From Candidatus Binatia bacterium (lineage in GTDB: Bacteria > Desulfobacterota > Binatia > UBA9968), in the NCBI GenBank assembly GCA_036000865.1, contig DASYUV010000002.1, positions 4,431 to 68,430 on the forward strand: DNA of 64,000 nucleotides, in the 5' to 3' direction. A model generated the notes under the pieces. The model saw only the letters and a list, made by a program, of their open reading frames with translations, searched no databases and had not been told where the DNA came from. How positions within the stretch are numbered: the first letter of the stretch is position 1; the number at the start of each line of letters is the position of its first letter. The position numbers and the translations under genes are program-made. Below are positions 17,353-26,574 of this stretch, one piece after another.

Positions 17353-18341
17353 TTACTTGTAGACTTTGTCGATGAATCCGCTCTTCTCGAGCTCTCTCAC
17401 GATGCTGTCGTCGACTATATCTTCGACCTTAAGGGTCGCGCCGGGCTTGCGCGCCAGCGCCTCCTTGATTTGCACTTCGGTTCCCTCCCGCGTGACTAAG
17501 GGCACACGGTCATGCAGTTTTACGTTCGCCATGTAGGATGCTTCTAAATATTGAGGATCGTTCTGGTGGGTGTACTTGGCGATGTACTTCTTAGTTTCTT
17601 CTTTGCGGGTTTTTAAAAAATGCGTCGCTTCAATCAATGCCATCGTCAGTCTTCTCACCGTGTCCCGTTTCGTTGCCAAATACGGTTTCGTCGTGGTCGA
17701 GCAAATGTAGGGGAAATCGAAGCGTTTCTGAAAGTCCGCCGTGCTGATCATGATGCGGTGCGGCATGCCCTTGGCCAAGTGAATCGTTCCCGGCGGTGAC
17801 GGAAACCCGACGATTCTCCCGGTACGGAATGCCGCCGCTCGCTCCGACGGGCCGCCCACCTGAATGATCGGCACGTCCTTCACCGGCTCCAACCCGAGTC
17901 CCTTGATGAGCACTCGCGCCGCGACATCCGAAGCGCTTCCTACACGGCTGATGCCGACACTTTTCCCTTTGAGATCCTCTACCGATTTCACCGACTCTTG
18001 GACAATCAATTCGTAGGGTAGCGTGTTGATATAGCAGGCGGTCATGATTAGATTGGCGCCGCCGACAACGGCGCTTGCGACCGCACCGCCTGAGGTGTTC
18101 GCCACTTGAATGTCGCAACGACGCTGGAAACGCTCGTGGTCGAGCTTTGAATAAAAACCAACTCGACATCCAGCCCATGCTTTCGATACAGGCCGGCATC
18201 GAGCGCGAGGAACCATACGGCGTTCGAAGCATCAGCCGAACTGTAGGCAATCTTGACCCGCTCCTGAGCATCGACTTCCGCGCTACACCACAAAGCGCTA
18301 AAGAACAGCGAAAATAATACAAACCTTAGCCGCTTGTCCAT
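17353..18341 (-). pseudogene. NMT1/THI5-like ABC substrate-binding protein, frameshifted near 18110-18125
   Basis: The signal peptide and N-terminus (MDKRLRFVLFSLFFSALWCSAEVDAQE...GLDVELVFIQSSTTSVSSVVA) are in one frame. The remainder (DIQVANTSGGAVASAVVGG...EKSGFIDKVYK) is in another. The junction GTCGTTGC-GACATT lacks 1 nt (or 4) relative to the paralogs. Confidence 0.75.
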
Positions 18342-18402
18342 CCTTCTCTGACCTCCCCGACCCGATCTGACCACGACACAGTTACGATCTCGGCGTGCAA
18401 TG

Positions 18403-18615
18403 AACTACCCGCAGCAAGCTGCGGAGTATCGATAGACCGTTACGATAATTTTCCAAGGTTGTCACCCCCGAATGTTTTTATCGGGGGTCCAGTCAGTTTT
18501 TTCGCCTGGATTCCCGCTAAAGGCATGCGCGAATGACGGACTTTCATAGGACTAGGAATCGCCATTACGCAGCAAGCTGCGGGAAAATTAACCCGCGAAT
18601 ATTAAACTCGATGTT
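18403..18615 (+). repeat. Composite structured intergenic repeat, family A, copy 2 (most complete)
   Basis: gaactacCCGCAGCAAGCTGCGGagtatc ... gtCACCCCCGAatgtttttaTCGGGGGTccagtc ... cgcctggattcccgctaaaggcatgcgcgaatgacgg ... ttacgcagcaagctgcggg ... attaaactcg. Confidence 0.8.
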
Positions 18616-18676
18616 GATGAACGAATCAACAGAAACGGTTAGAGCTAGATATAGAGTGACAAGTCGCGTCGCTTGG

Positions 18677-19780
18677 TTATCTTTCCGTCGGCAGCGCCAT
18701 GCAGTCTCCCGGCGGTAGTTCAATCCAGACCGGCTCGCCTCGGCGCACTAGTAGGGTATGGCGCTGGTGTGTTTGCAGGACATTCGTTCCGAGTTCCACC
18801 GTGCAGTCCACATATTCGCCCAAGAACATCGCGGCGCCGATCTTTCCTTCGATCAGATTGCAGGTGCTCGAGGGTCTCTGCGTGTGAAGATTGATGCTCT
18901 CGGGCCGGATTACGACGACCGCATTGCTGCCGACCGTCAGTCCTTCGAGGAGTTGACAGGAGATTTCTCCGTCATCGGTTTTGACCGAGCCGATGCCGTC
19001 GTTATCGACCTTGGTGACGCGTCCGGCGAGCTGATTTGTCGAGCCAATAAAGTTGGCGACGAACTTGCTCTTCGGCTGCATGTACACTTCACGCGGACCG
19101 CCTTCTTGAACGATCACTCCCGCATTCATCACGGCGATCACGTTGGACATCGACAAGGCTTCAATTTGGTCGTGGGTGACGTACAGAGTCGTGATCCTGA
19201 GGCGCCGCTGCAATTCACGCAATTCGAAGCGCATGCGCTCGCGCAGTTTGGCGTCTAGATTGCTCAAGGGTTCGTCCAAGAGCAGCACCTGCGGCTCGCG
19301 CACCAGTGCCCGGGCAAGCGCCAGGCGCTGTTGTTGCCCGCCGGAAAGCTGCGTGGCCATGCGCTCTTCGTAGCCGTTCAATTCCACCTGGGCCAGCGCA
19401 GCTTCAACTTTTTTCTTTATATCGTTACCGCTGAAACGCTGCTTACCGACCCGTAAGGGGAACGCAACATTTTCGAAAACCGTCAGATGGGGCCAGATCG
19501 CGTAGCTCTGAAAGACCATCCCAATGGGACGGCGATAGGCTGGCACGAAGGTGCCATGGGTCGCCGAATACACTCTCGTGCCGGCGACAAGGATTTCCCC
19601 GCCGTTGGCTTTCTCGAGACCCGCGATGCAGCGTAGCGTCGTCGTCTTTCCACATCCCGACGGTCCCAGAAGCGTGTAGAAGCGTCCTTCTTCGACGGTG
19701 AAGGAAATATCGTTCACGGCCGTTACCCCGGCGTTGTCGCCGTCGGCGTAGATCTTGACTAACGACTTGACTTCAATCAC
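18677..19780 (-). CDS. ABC transporter ATP-binding protein (FbpC/PotA type, with C-terminal TOBE-like domain)
   Basis: Walker A GPSGCGKTT, signature LSGGQQQRLALARAL, Walker B LLLDEPLSNLD. Confidence 0.9.
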   Translation of the reverse strand: MIEVKSLVKIYADGDNAGVTAVNDISFTVEEGRFYTLLGPSGCGKTTTLRCIAGLEKANGGEILVAGTRVYSATHGTFVPAYRRPIGMVFQSYAIWPHLTVFENVAFPLRVGKQRFSGNDIKKKVEAALAQVELNGYEERMATQLSGGQQQRLALARALVREPQVLLLDEPLSNLDAKLRERMRFELRELQRRLRITTLYVTHDQIEALSMSNVIAVMNAGVIVQEGGPREVYMQPKSKFVANFIGSTNQLAGRVTKVDNDGIGSVKTDDGEISCQLLEGLTVGSNAVVVIRPESINLHTQRPSSTCNLIEGKIGAAMFLGEYVDCTVELGTNVLQTHQRHTLLVRRGEPVWIELPPGDCMALPTER

Positions 19781-19807
19781 GGAGAGTTCCTCTTAACCGT
19801 TCAAGCA

Positions 19808-19840
19808 CAACACTCCCATACTCCAACACTCCAACTCCCC
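19808..19840 (-). repeat. ACTCC/GGAGU short-word repeat in an intercistronic spacer
   Basis: The plus strand reads caacactcccatactccaacactccaactcccc, giving several GGAGU words on the minus-strand mRNA just upstream of the ATPase start. A similar tract is at 30401-30432. Confidence 0.5.
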
Positions 19841-19849
19841 TGCGTTTCT

Positions 19850-21580
19850 CTACGTCTGGATTCCCACTCGGCCGCTAACTTTGTAAAACAGCGCTACGAT
19901 CGCCAGCAAGGTAGCGATCATCAGCACACCGATCGCCGCGACGACCGTCACCTGCCCCTGTTCAAACATGGTAAAGAGCAAAATTGACAACACCCGGCTT
20001 TCGCCGGTGGCGAGCAAAACCGACGTGGAAAATTCGCGAAACGACACGATACAGATATAGATCCAACCCGCGGCGAATCCCGGTCGCAAAAGCGGCAACG
20101 TGACGCGCTTAAACGTTTCCCACCAGGAAGCGCCGGAGGCCGCCGCCGCTTCTTCCAACTCGCTGTGGATTTGCAGGATCGATCCCGAAGCCGAGCGCAT
20201 ACCATAGGGAATGAACCGGGTCACGTAGGCGATCAGCAGCAACCAGATCGTCCCGTAAATCGGCAGTGGAAAAGCGACGTACAGCAAGATGAGCGACATT
20301 CCCATCACGATGCCCGGAATCGTAATCGGCACGAAGGCGAGAAAGTCGAGCAGCCATGCCCCACGCAGGCGACTCTTGTAGACGATCCAAGCGACCAATG
20401 AAGTGAGAACCATCGCGACCGTCGCCGTCAACGTCGCCAGCAGAATGCTGTTCTTCATGGCCTCCCAAAATGGCCTGAAGCCGGACAAATAGCGATAATT
20501 ATCGAGACTCAGCTTGTTTAATGCATTCAAGCTTGGCGCCGCGAAAAAGGGCAGGAACGACGCCCAAAACAGCACCAAGAAGGGCAACAGCACGACGAAT
20601 AAAAAGTACGTCATCAGAAAACCAAGACCGAGCCAACGCCACGGCCCGAGATCAAACTGCCGCGGCCTGAACGCTTTTCCGGTTACAGTTTGAAACTTCT
20701 TTCCTTCCTTCGTCGCCCGCGTGTAGAGCCATACGCCTATGGCGCTCAACAAGAGCAGCCCGACCGCCAAGGCACCGCCGCGGCCGTAGTCCGGCGGATA
20801 CTCGTTGAACGCCAGAAAAATCTCGCTGGTGTAGACGTAAATCCGCGCCGGGATTCCGATCAACGCCGGTGTTTCAAACGACTCGAGGGTACGGACGAAA
20901 AGGATCAACAGCACGGATCCCGCGGTAGGCATCAGTAAACGTAGAGTGATGCGCTTAAACGTTTGCCAGGTGCGGGCTCCTGACATCATCGCCGATTCTT
21001 CCAAAGACGGGTCCATGGATTTGAAGGCCGCCACCATCATGAGGAATGCCAAAGGAACTTGGCCTACCGAATGAACCCAAATCATCCCGGGAAGTGAGAA
21101 CACATTGAACGGCGGCGACTTCACGCCGAATAGATTCATCAGCCAGACATTGAGGTAACCGAATTTCGGGCTCAGCAAAAATATCCACGCGATGGATTCC
21201 AAGACACCCGGTAAAATCAGCGGGACGACAGCAAGAGGAACGAAAAGCCCGCGCAACGGCGTGTTCGTACGCTCGGTAAGCCAGGCGAGCAACGTGCCAA
21301 TAATAAAGCTGAGGCCGGCTGAGCCGGAAGCGAAAATCAGCGAGTTCATGAAAGTCGAGTAGGTGTACTCGCTGGCATACGCCGCCTGATAATTCTTCAG
21401 GGTGTAAACAAACTCTCGCGGCGCTACCTCCGCTTGAAAGCTGCCGATCAAAAGCATGAGGAGCGGCAAAACGGCAAGATAAATGAGCACGCCGGCGCCG
21501 ACAACCGGAATCAGCAACGCCGGATCGCGGAACGACGGAAGAGACGCGCTCGCGGGTCTAGGGATTGCGGCGGTAGCCAT
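19850..21580 (-). CDS. Fused two-domain ABC transporter permease (FbpB-like iron/polyamine type)
   Basis: 576 aa and about 12 TM segments. Two EAA-type loops are present (EESAMMSGARTWQTFKRITLRLL and EEAAAASGASWWETFKRVTLPLL). Confidence 0.9.
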   Translation of the reverse strand: MATAAIPRPASASLPSFRDPALLIPVVGAGVLIYLAVLPLLMLLIGSFQAEVAPREFVYTLKNYQAAYASEYTYSTFMNSLIFASGSAGLSFIIGTLLAWLTERTNTPLRGLFVPLAVVPLILPGVLESIAWIFLLSPKFGYLNVWLMNLFGVKSPPFNVFSLPGMIWVHSVGQVPLAFLMMVAAFKSMDPSLEESAMMSGARTWQTFKRITLRLLMPTAGSVLLILFVRTLESFETPALIGIPARIYVYTSEIFLAFNEYPPDYGRGGALAVGLLLLSAIGVWLYTRATKEGKKFQTVTGKAFRPRQFDLGPWRWLGLGFLMTYFLFVVLLPFLVLFWASFLPFFAAPSLNALNKLSLDNYRYLSGFRPFWEAMKNSILLATLTATVAMVLTSLVAWIVYKSRLRGAWLLDFLAFVPITIPGIVMGMSLILLYVAFPLPIYGTIWLLLIAYVTRFIPYGMRSASGSILQIHSELEEAAAASGASWWETFKRVTLPLLRPGFAAGWIYICIVSFREFSTSVLLATGESRVLSILLFTMFEQGQVTVVAAIGVLMIATLLAIVALFYKVSGRVGIQT

Positions 21581-21624
21581 ACAGCATCATGCTTGGATCA
21601 AGCGCATTACAAAATCCCGGATTG

Positions 21625-21745
21625 CTACCGGAGCTTGAAGATTTCCTTCCAAGGCTTTGGTACTTAGGAAATTCCTTGAGGTCCGCGGCGGTAATACAGT
21701 CCTGGCGAATCTTCTGATCAAAAAAACCTCCGACTATTCTCACCA
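21625..21745 (-). pseudogene. 3'-terminal relic of a third copy of the adjacent substrate-binding-protein gene
   Basis: The minus strand encodes ..FFDQKIRQDCITAADLKEFPKYQS, then, after a frame slip, WKEIFKLR-stop. This matches the C-termini of the two upstream paralogs (..EIKEWRKYEKIWKEIFKLR and ..DLKQYDKYEKIWKEVFKLR). Confidence 0.55.
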
Positions 21746-21808
21746 GCAGCGTGTAAAGTTGATATCAACTTAAAACGCCGAGTCAATACGCCGTGACTGC
21801 CGCCGCGC

Positions 21809-22834
21809 TTAGCGGAGCTTGAAGATTTCCTTCCAGATCTTTTCGTACTTGCGCCATTCCTTTATTTCATCGGTGCCGATGGGATAAATCGTCGCCGGGC
21901 GAATTTTTTCCACTGGTTCCACCTTGGGATGCGGCGGCAAGCGTCCTCCCGCCGCGTAAGCTTTCTGCCCTTCCTCGCTGGCGGACCATCGGTAGAAGAG
22001 CCACGCCGAGTTGGGATGTGGCGCGTCTTTGGCCAACGCGTCGGCGGTGATCGTGGCGATCCCTTCGGTCCGCATATATCCGAGCGGAGCGCCCTTCTTG
22101 ATCCGCGGCGGATAGTGGTGCGCGTAACAGGTGAGACATGCGGCAGCCTGCCCGGCGACGAGAAACTCTGCCAGCTCCGAGTGGCCTTTATGGAATTCAA
22201 TATTGTTGGCCGCGATCTTTCGGAGAAAGTCGAAGGCTTTCTCATCGTTTTTATACTTGTGCTTGGCCAAGCCGATCAATAATTCGACATCGCGCCCTTC
22301 GCCGATCAATTTTCCCTTCCATTTGGGATCGGCGAAGTCATCGAACTGCTTGGGTTCATCTTCTTTCTTAACCAGGTTCGTGTTCCAAGCGCCGATAATG
22401 ATCACCAAGTCCGCCGCCAACCAATTCGGACCCTTGAGACTAGCCGGATAAGCCGCCGCTTCGGGCGGGAGCCGATCGACCACCAGCTTTTGGTCGACCA
22501 ATTGCAAAACGTTCTCCAAGGCCATTTGAAATACGTCGGCCAGCACCCTCCCACCTCTTGCCTCGGTAATGGCGCGGGCCGCAAGCTTGTCTGCGGTGGC
22601 GTCCACATGATTCACTTTGATTCCCGGAAAGCGTTTTTCGAATACCGGCAGTATTTTCTCGGCATTGATCTGTGCTAGAGTGCCGTAGAAATTGAGTGTC
22701 CCGCCTTCTTTCAATGCCAGTTTGTGAAGTTCGTCCAGCGATTGCGCCGCGGCGGGCGTCGAAGTCGCGCCGAGCATGACGCCGGCAACAAAAATCGCAA
22801 TCGTCAAGGACGCTTTTCGTTTTACTCGCAACAT
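21809..22834 (-). CDS. ABC transporter periplasmic substrate-binding protein (family 1, Fe3+/polyamine type), tandem copy B
   Basis: Signal peptide MLRVKRKASLTIAIFVAGVMLGATSTPAAAQ. GGAGG lies 5 nt upstream of the ATG. It is colinear and highly similar to 22889..23902. Confidence 0.85.
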   Translation of the reverse strand: MLRVKRKASLTIAIFVAGVMLGATSTPAAAQSLDELHKLALKEGGTLNFYGTLAQINAEKILPVFEKRFPGIKVNHVDATADKLAARAITEARGGRVLADVFQMALENVLQLVDQKLVVDRLPPEAAAYPASLKGPNWLAADLVIIIGAWNTNLVKKEDEPKQFDDFADPKWKGKLIGEGRDVELLIGLAKHKYKNDEKAFDFLRKIAANNIEFHKGHSELAEFLVAGQAAACLTCYAHHYPPRIKKGAPLGYMRTEGIATITADALAKDAPHPNSAWLFYRWSASEEGQKAYAAGGRLPPHPKVEPVEKIRPATIYPIGTDEIKEWRKYEKIWKEIFKLR

Positions 22835-22888
22835 GTTTCCTCCGATGACGTAAGAATTGCCTATCCGATTTTGATCGCTGGATGCTGA

Positions 22889-23902
22889 CTATCTTAACTT
22901 GAAAACTTCCTTCCATATTTTTTCGTATTTATCGTACTGCTTCAGATCTTCCACCCCCACCGGGTAAATCACTTTCGGTCGAATTGGCTCGGTGGGTTCG
23001 ACTTTTGGGTGAGCTGGAGTCCTGCCGCCCTTAGAATATACCGTCTGTCCTTCTTCGGAGGCCGCCCAGCGGTTAAAAAGCCACGCCGTATTCGGGTGCG
23101 GCGCATTTTTCATCACGGCCACTGCGATGATTCCCGCGGCACCCTCCGTCAACATATAGTCGACGGGCGCGCCTTTTCGCTTGCGCTCCGGATAATGATG
23201 CGAATAGCAGGTGAAACATGCCGCGGCCTGTCCGGCCACCAAAAATTCCGCGAGCTGCGAATGGCCTTTGTGGAATTCGACATTGTTCGCAGCGATCCGA
23301 GCCAGCACAGCCCGAGCCTTTTCCAAGCTCTTATGCTTATGGGTGAGTCCGATGAGAATCTCATAGTCTCTTGGTTCGGCGATCAAGCGCCCCTTCCATC
23401 GGGGATCGCCGAAATCGTCCAGCGCTTTCGGTTCCTCCTCTTTCTTGACCTTATCCGTGTTCCACGCGCCGACAAAAAAAATCAGGTTGTTAGCAGCCCA
23501 AAATGATCCTCTCAAGTTGGCCGGGTAAGCTGTCGTTTCGGGCGGAACTTTTTCCAGGATCAACCCCTGGGCGTGAATTTTGCTGATATCTTCCAACCCG
23601 AATTCAGCAACGTCGGCGATGGTTTTACCGCCGCGAGCTTCGGTAATCGCGCGAGCCGCCAGTTTGTCCGAGGTCGCGTCGACGTGGTTGATTTTGATTC
23701 CCGGAAAACGTTTTTCGAACACCGGATAAATTTTCTCCGCGTTGATCTGCGCCAACGAGCAATAACAATTCAGTACCCCTTCTTCTTTCAGAGCTTTCTT
23801 GTACAGCTCCTCGATCGTTTCGGTCTGCGCCATCGTTGGCGCGGCCATTAACAACGCGAAGAACAGAGCTATCAGGCCGATCACATTGGATTTAGACTGC
23901 AT
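22889..23902 (-). CDS. ABC transporter periplasmic substrate-binding protein (family 1, Fe3+/polyamine type), tandem copy A
   Basis: Paralog of 21809..22834 (shared blocks INAEKI.PVFEKRFPGIK.NHVDAT.DKLAARAITEARGG, VAGQAAAC.TCY.HHYP). ATG 23902 has GGAGGTG upstream. The ORF-track start is a TTG at 23917. Confidence 0.85.
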   Translation of the reverse strand: MQSKSNVIGLIALFFALLMAAPTMAQTETIEELYKKALKEEGVLNCYCSLAQINAEKIYPVFEKRFPGIKINHVDATSDKLAARAITEARGGKTIADVAEFGLEDISKIHAQGLILEKVPPETTAYPANLRGSFWAANNLIFFVGAWNTDKVKKEEEPKALDDFGDPRWKGRLIAEPRDYEILIGLTHKHKSLEKARAVLARIAANNVEFHKGHSQLAEFLVAGQAAACFTCYSHHYPERKRKGAPVDYMLTEGAAGIIAVAVMKNAPHPNTAWLFNRWAASEEGQTVYSKGGRTPAHPKVEPTEPIRPKVIYPVGVEDLKQYDKYEKIWKEVFKLR

Positions 23903-23934
23903 TGTCTTCACCTCCAAAGCTGAAATAAGAACAA

Positions 23935-25002
23935 TTATTTTTTTCCGCCCTTCAGCGCTGTCTGCAATTTATTCTTCAGTTCCGGGCTCATGCCCAAGAA
24001 CTCGACAACGAGTTTGTGGATCTCCTCGCCGAACATAGGATCGATTTCCAGCTTGCCTTTGTTGGCGTCCACGTGCAATTCTTTGTCGGCGAACACTTTT
24101 TCAAAGGCTTTTTCGAGCGCCATGGCGCGATCGGGTGGCGTTCCGGGCGGCACGACGTAGACTTTGCCGAAATCGTTGGGCGTGCTGGTGCCGAATTTCA
24201 GCAACTGGCGGTGCTCGTTGCTCTTTGCGATCTGCGTGATGGTCGGCACGTTCGGCACGATCAAGTCCTTGATCGGCTTTTCCGATAGCTGCGCCAACAC
24301 CAGCCATTCACCGTTTTTCATCTTTTCGAAGGAGGTTATTTTCAATGAAGTGTACGAATTGAATAGTCCGTCGACTTCACCCGATTCGATGGCCATCCTC
24401 ACATCCGCGGTGCCTTTATAACCTAAGACCACCTTCAAATTGGCACCCATAACGTCGCGAGCTATGACCGGCGCGTGCTCCACCGTCGAACCGGGAATAC
24501 CGCCGACGGTAATTTGTTTCGCGTTGGGACCAATAAGCTCTTCAAATTTGCTCACACCCGGTTTGCGGGTGACGACAAAAACATAAGTTTCACTCACCGG
24601 CACGGCGAGATAACGGAACTTTGCCATATCGAACTGAATAGCGGGATTAGCGAACAATTGCTCCAGGATAATCGGCCCCGAGATGTTTCCGACCACGGTT
24701 CCATCCTTCAGCGCCGCATTGTAGACGTGGTTGGCGGCGATAATGCTTCCCGCCCCAGCCATGTTGTCGACAATGACGTTGGGCTTCCCTGGAATATACT
24801 TAGAAAGATGGCGTCCAATGAGCCGTGAATACTGGTCGTAACCGCCACCTGCCGTGAAGCCGACGATAATTCGCAAGGTCTTGTTGCGATAAAAGTTGGC
24901 CACCGCCTTTTCATCGAAGGTTCCAGATTGGCCTGCCAGCCCCGTCGCGGTGTAGCCGAGTAAAAATAAGAAAACTAAGAACCAATGGCGCCAGTACCGC
25001 AT
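23935..25002 (-). CDS. Tripartite tricarboxylate transporter substrate-binding protein (TctC/Bug family), orphan
   Basis: Bug-family pattern (RIIVGFTAGGGYDQYSRLIGRHL...VDNMAGAGSIIAAN). ATG 25002 has GAGGAGG upstream and gives a signal peptide. No tctA or tctB is nearby. Confidence 0.85.
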   Translation of the reverse strand: MRYWRHWFLVFLFLLGYTATGLAGQSGTFDEKAVANFYRNKTLRIIVGFTAGGGYDQYSRLIGRHLSKYIPGKPNVIVDNMAGAGSIIAANHVYNAALKDGTVVGNISGPIILEQLFANPAIQFDMAKFRYLAVPVSETYVFVVTRKPGVSKFEELIGPNAKQITVGGIPGSTVEHAPVIARDVMGANLKVVLGYKGTADVRMAIESGEVDGLFNSYTSLKITSFEKMKNGEWLVLAQLSEKPIKDLIVPNVPTITQIAKSNEHRQLLKFGTSTPNDFGKVYVVPPGTPPDRAMALEKAFEKVFADKELHVDANKGKLEIDPMFGEEIHKLVVEFLGMSPELKNKLQTALKGGKK

Positions 25003-25123
25003 AGCCCCTCCTCGATCTTTAGTAAAAACGCCCATCTCGAACCCTGCTAATGACCCCTCGCGCACCCTATTCCTTAGACGTGAATGGTGGTGTCGAACTT
25101 CAGTCTTTCCCGGCGCGATTGGC

Positions 25124-26095
25124 CTATAAGTTCTCTAGTCTCTTGAGCGTCGCGCCGTAGTCTTCCACTGCCTTTTCGATCGTATAGTCCGGTTCATAGC
25201 CGAGTTGCTCCTTGGCGCGGGAAAAATCGCTGGCAGCGCGGGATTCTGGGTACGGCATAGGGTTGTTTCCTTTGATCAATTGTATGTCCGATCCGGGAAA
25301 CTTTTTGCGGATCGCGTCGGCAATATCGTCGCCACTAACCATCTTGCCGTTGCCGATGTGAAAAAGCGTGTCTTTGAATTTGTCCTTGAGCACCGCCAAA
25401 ACCGTCCCCTTGGCGGCGTCTTTACCGTAAAGTATTTCCGCTGGACCGTAGGGCCAGTTGATCTTGGCCGGCTCACCCTTTACCGCCGCGCGAATCATCT
25501 GTTGAATGGCAATTTCCCTCGTCGCTTTGAGCGCGGCCGGCGAAGGACCGTAAAGGCCGCCGGTATAGCGGAGACAAATAAACTCGAACCCATAACGCTT
25601 TGCGTAGGCGCGCCCCATGAACTCGCAGCTTGCCTTCGTCGCCGCATAGACCGACGGCGGATTCATGGGAATGCTTTCATCGACTTTAGACAGCCCTTCG
25701 CCAAGTGATCCCAAGTAAACGGTTCCCGAGCTCGGAAACACGACGCGCGACACCTTCTCCAGCCGGGCCGCTTCGAAGACGTTGACTGTGCCCATGAAGT
25801 TCAAGCGTACGCCGCTGTAAGGACGCCGCTGGACTTCTTCGCCCAGGAAAGCCGCTAGGTGAATGATGCGATCGCACTCGTTGTCACGAATCGCTGAAAT
25901 AATCGCCGGCAGATCCATCATATCGCCGCGGATCAGCGTGACTTTAGCGGTATCGACGCCGACGGCATTGAGCAATCGCTCGTTGAGCGCGACGTCGAAT
26001 ACCAGCGGCCTTTCGCCACGCTCGAGCAACATCGCAACCGCGTAAGCGCCAACCAAGCCGGAGCCGCCGGTTACAAGAATCCCCTTGTTAGCCAT
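25124..26095 (-). CDS. NAD-dependent epimerase/dehydratase family protein
   Basis: Rossmann motif ILVTGGSGLVGAY and catalytic YAATK. Confidence 0.85.
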   Translation of the reverse strand: MANKGILVTGGSGLVGAYAVAMLLERGERPLVFDVALNERLLNAVGVDTAKVTLIRGDMMDLPAIISAIRDNECDRIIHLAAFLGEEVQRRPYSGVRLNFMGTVNVFEAARLEKVSRVVFPSSGTVYLGSLGEGLSKVDESIPMNPPSVYAATKASCEFMGRAYAKRYGFEFICLRYTGGLYGPSPAALKATREIAIQQMIRAAVKGEPAKINWPYGPAEILYGKDAAKGTVLAVLKDKFKDTLFHIGNGKMVSGDDIADAIRKKFPGSDIQLIKGNNPMPYPESRAASDFSRAKEQLGYEPDYTIEKAVEDYGATLKRLENL

Positions 26096-26268
26096 AATAG
26101 CTTTCCCCCATTGCAGAGACGTGCCTCTACTATATCAAACGGTATGTCGAGTCAACGCAGCGCGGCGCGTTTTCCCTAGTACCAATTCTACCGACGGGCG
26201 AAGCAGTCGCTGGAACGAGCAACAAGGGATGAGGGGTCATATTTATTATCCACGCGAAAGTGGAACCT

Positions 26269-26450
26269 CGTCATGCCGGCGCACGCCGGCATCCAGGTTC
26301 GTCCTGCTTGTACCAGGCGCGAAAAGGACTGGATTCCGGCTGGAGTCTATCCTGAGCGCCGTCGAAGGGCCGGAATGACGGACTAGAATGTCGACTTCTA
26401 GTCGACGATGCTGGAACCCGCTCGGCTTCGAGCCGAGATTGTTGATTGAA
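26269..26450 (+). repeat. Family B repeat, copy 2, with an additional 3' module
   Basis: The B core spans 26269-26381. It is followed by ..gtcgacttctagtcgac..ggaacccgCTCGGCTTcgAGCCGAGattgttgattg, a module that also accompanies the reversed copy at 56306-56382. Confidence 0.8.
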
Positions 26451-26574
26451 GCCGAGAGGATTTCAACTATCCCCGCGTGGGACATGGATTGCGCCCACGT
26501 GTGTCTTGACCTGACTATTTTTTCGCGCATTATGTCAGCCTGCGCGTCTAAGAATTGCAGAGGAGGAACCGGCC

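Noticed and set aside
17630-18322. Long antisense or alternative-frame ORFs. Examples: 17630..18322, 1161..1721, 14630..15139, 10801..11301, 43160..43672, 53585..54109, 55541..56047, 23009..23506, 25205..25708.
   Set aside because: These are Arg/Gly/Pro/Ser-rich shadow ORFs fully overlapping well-supported genes in a GC-rich genome. They have no motifs and no ribosome-binding sites.
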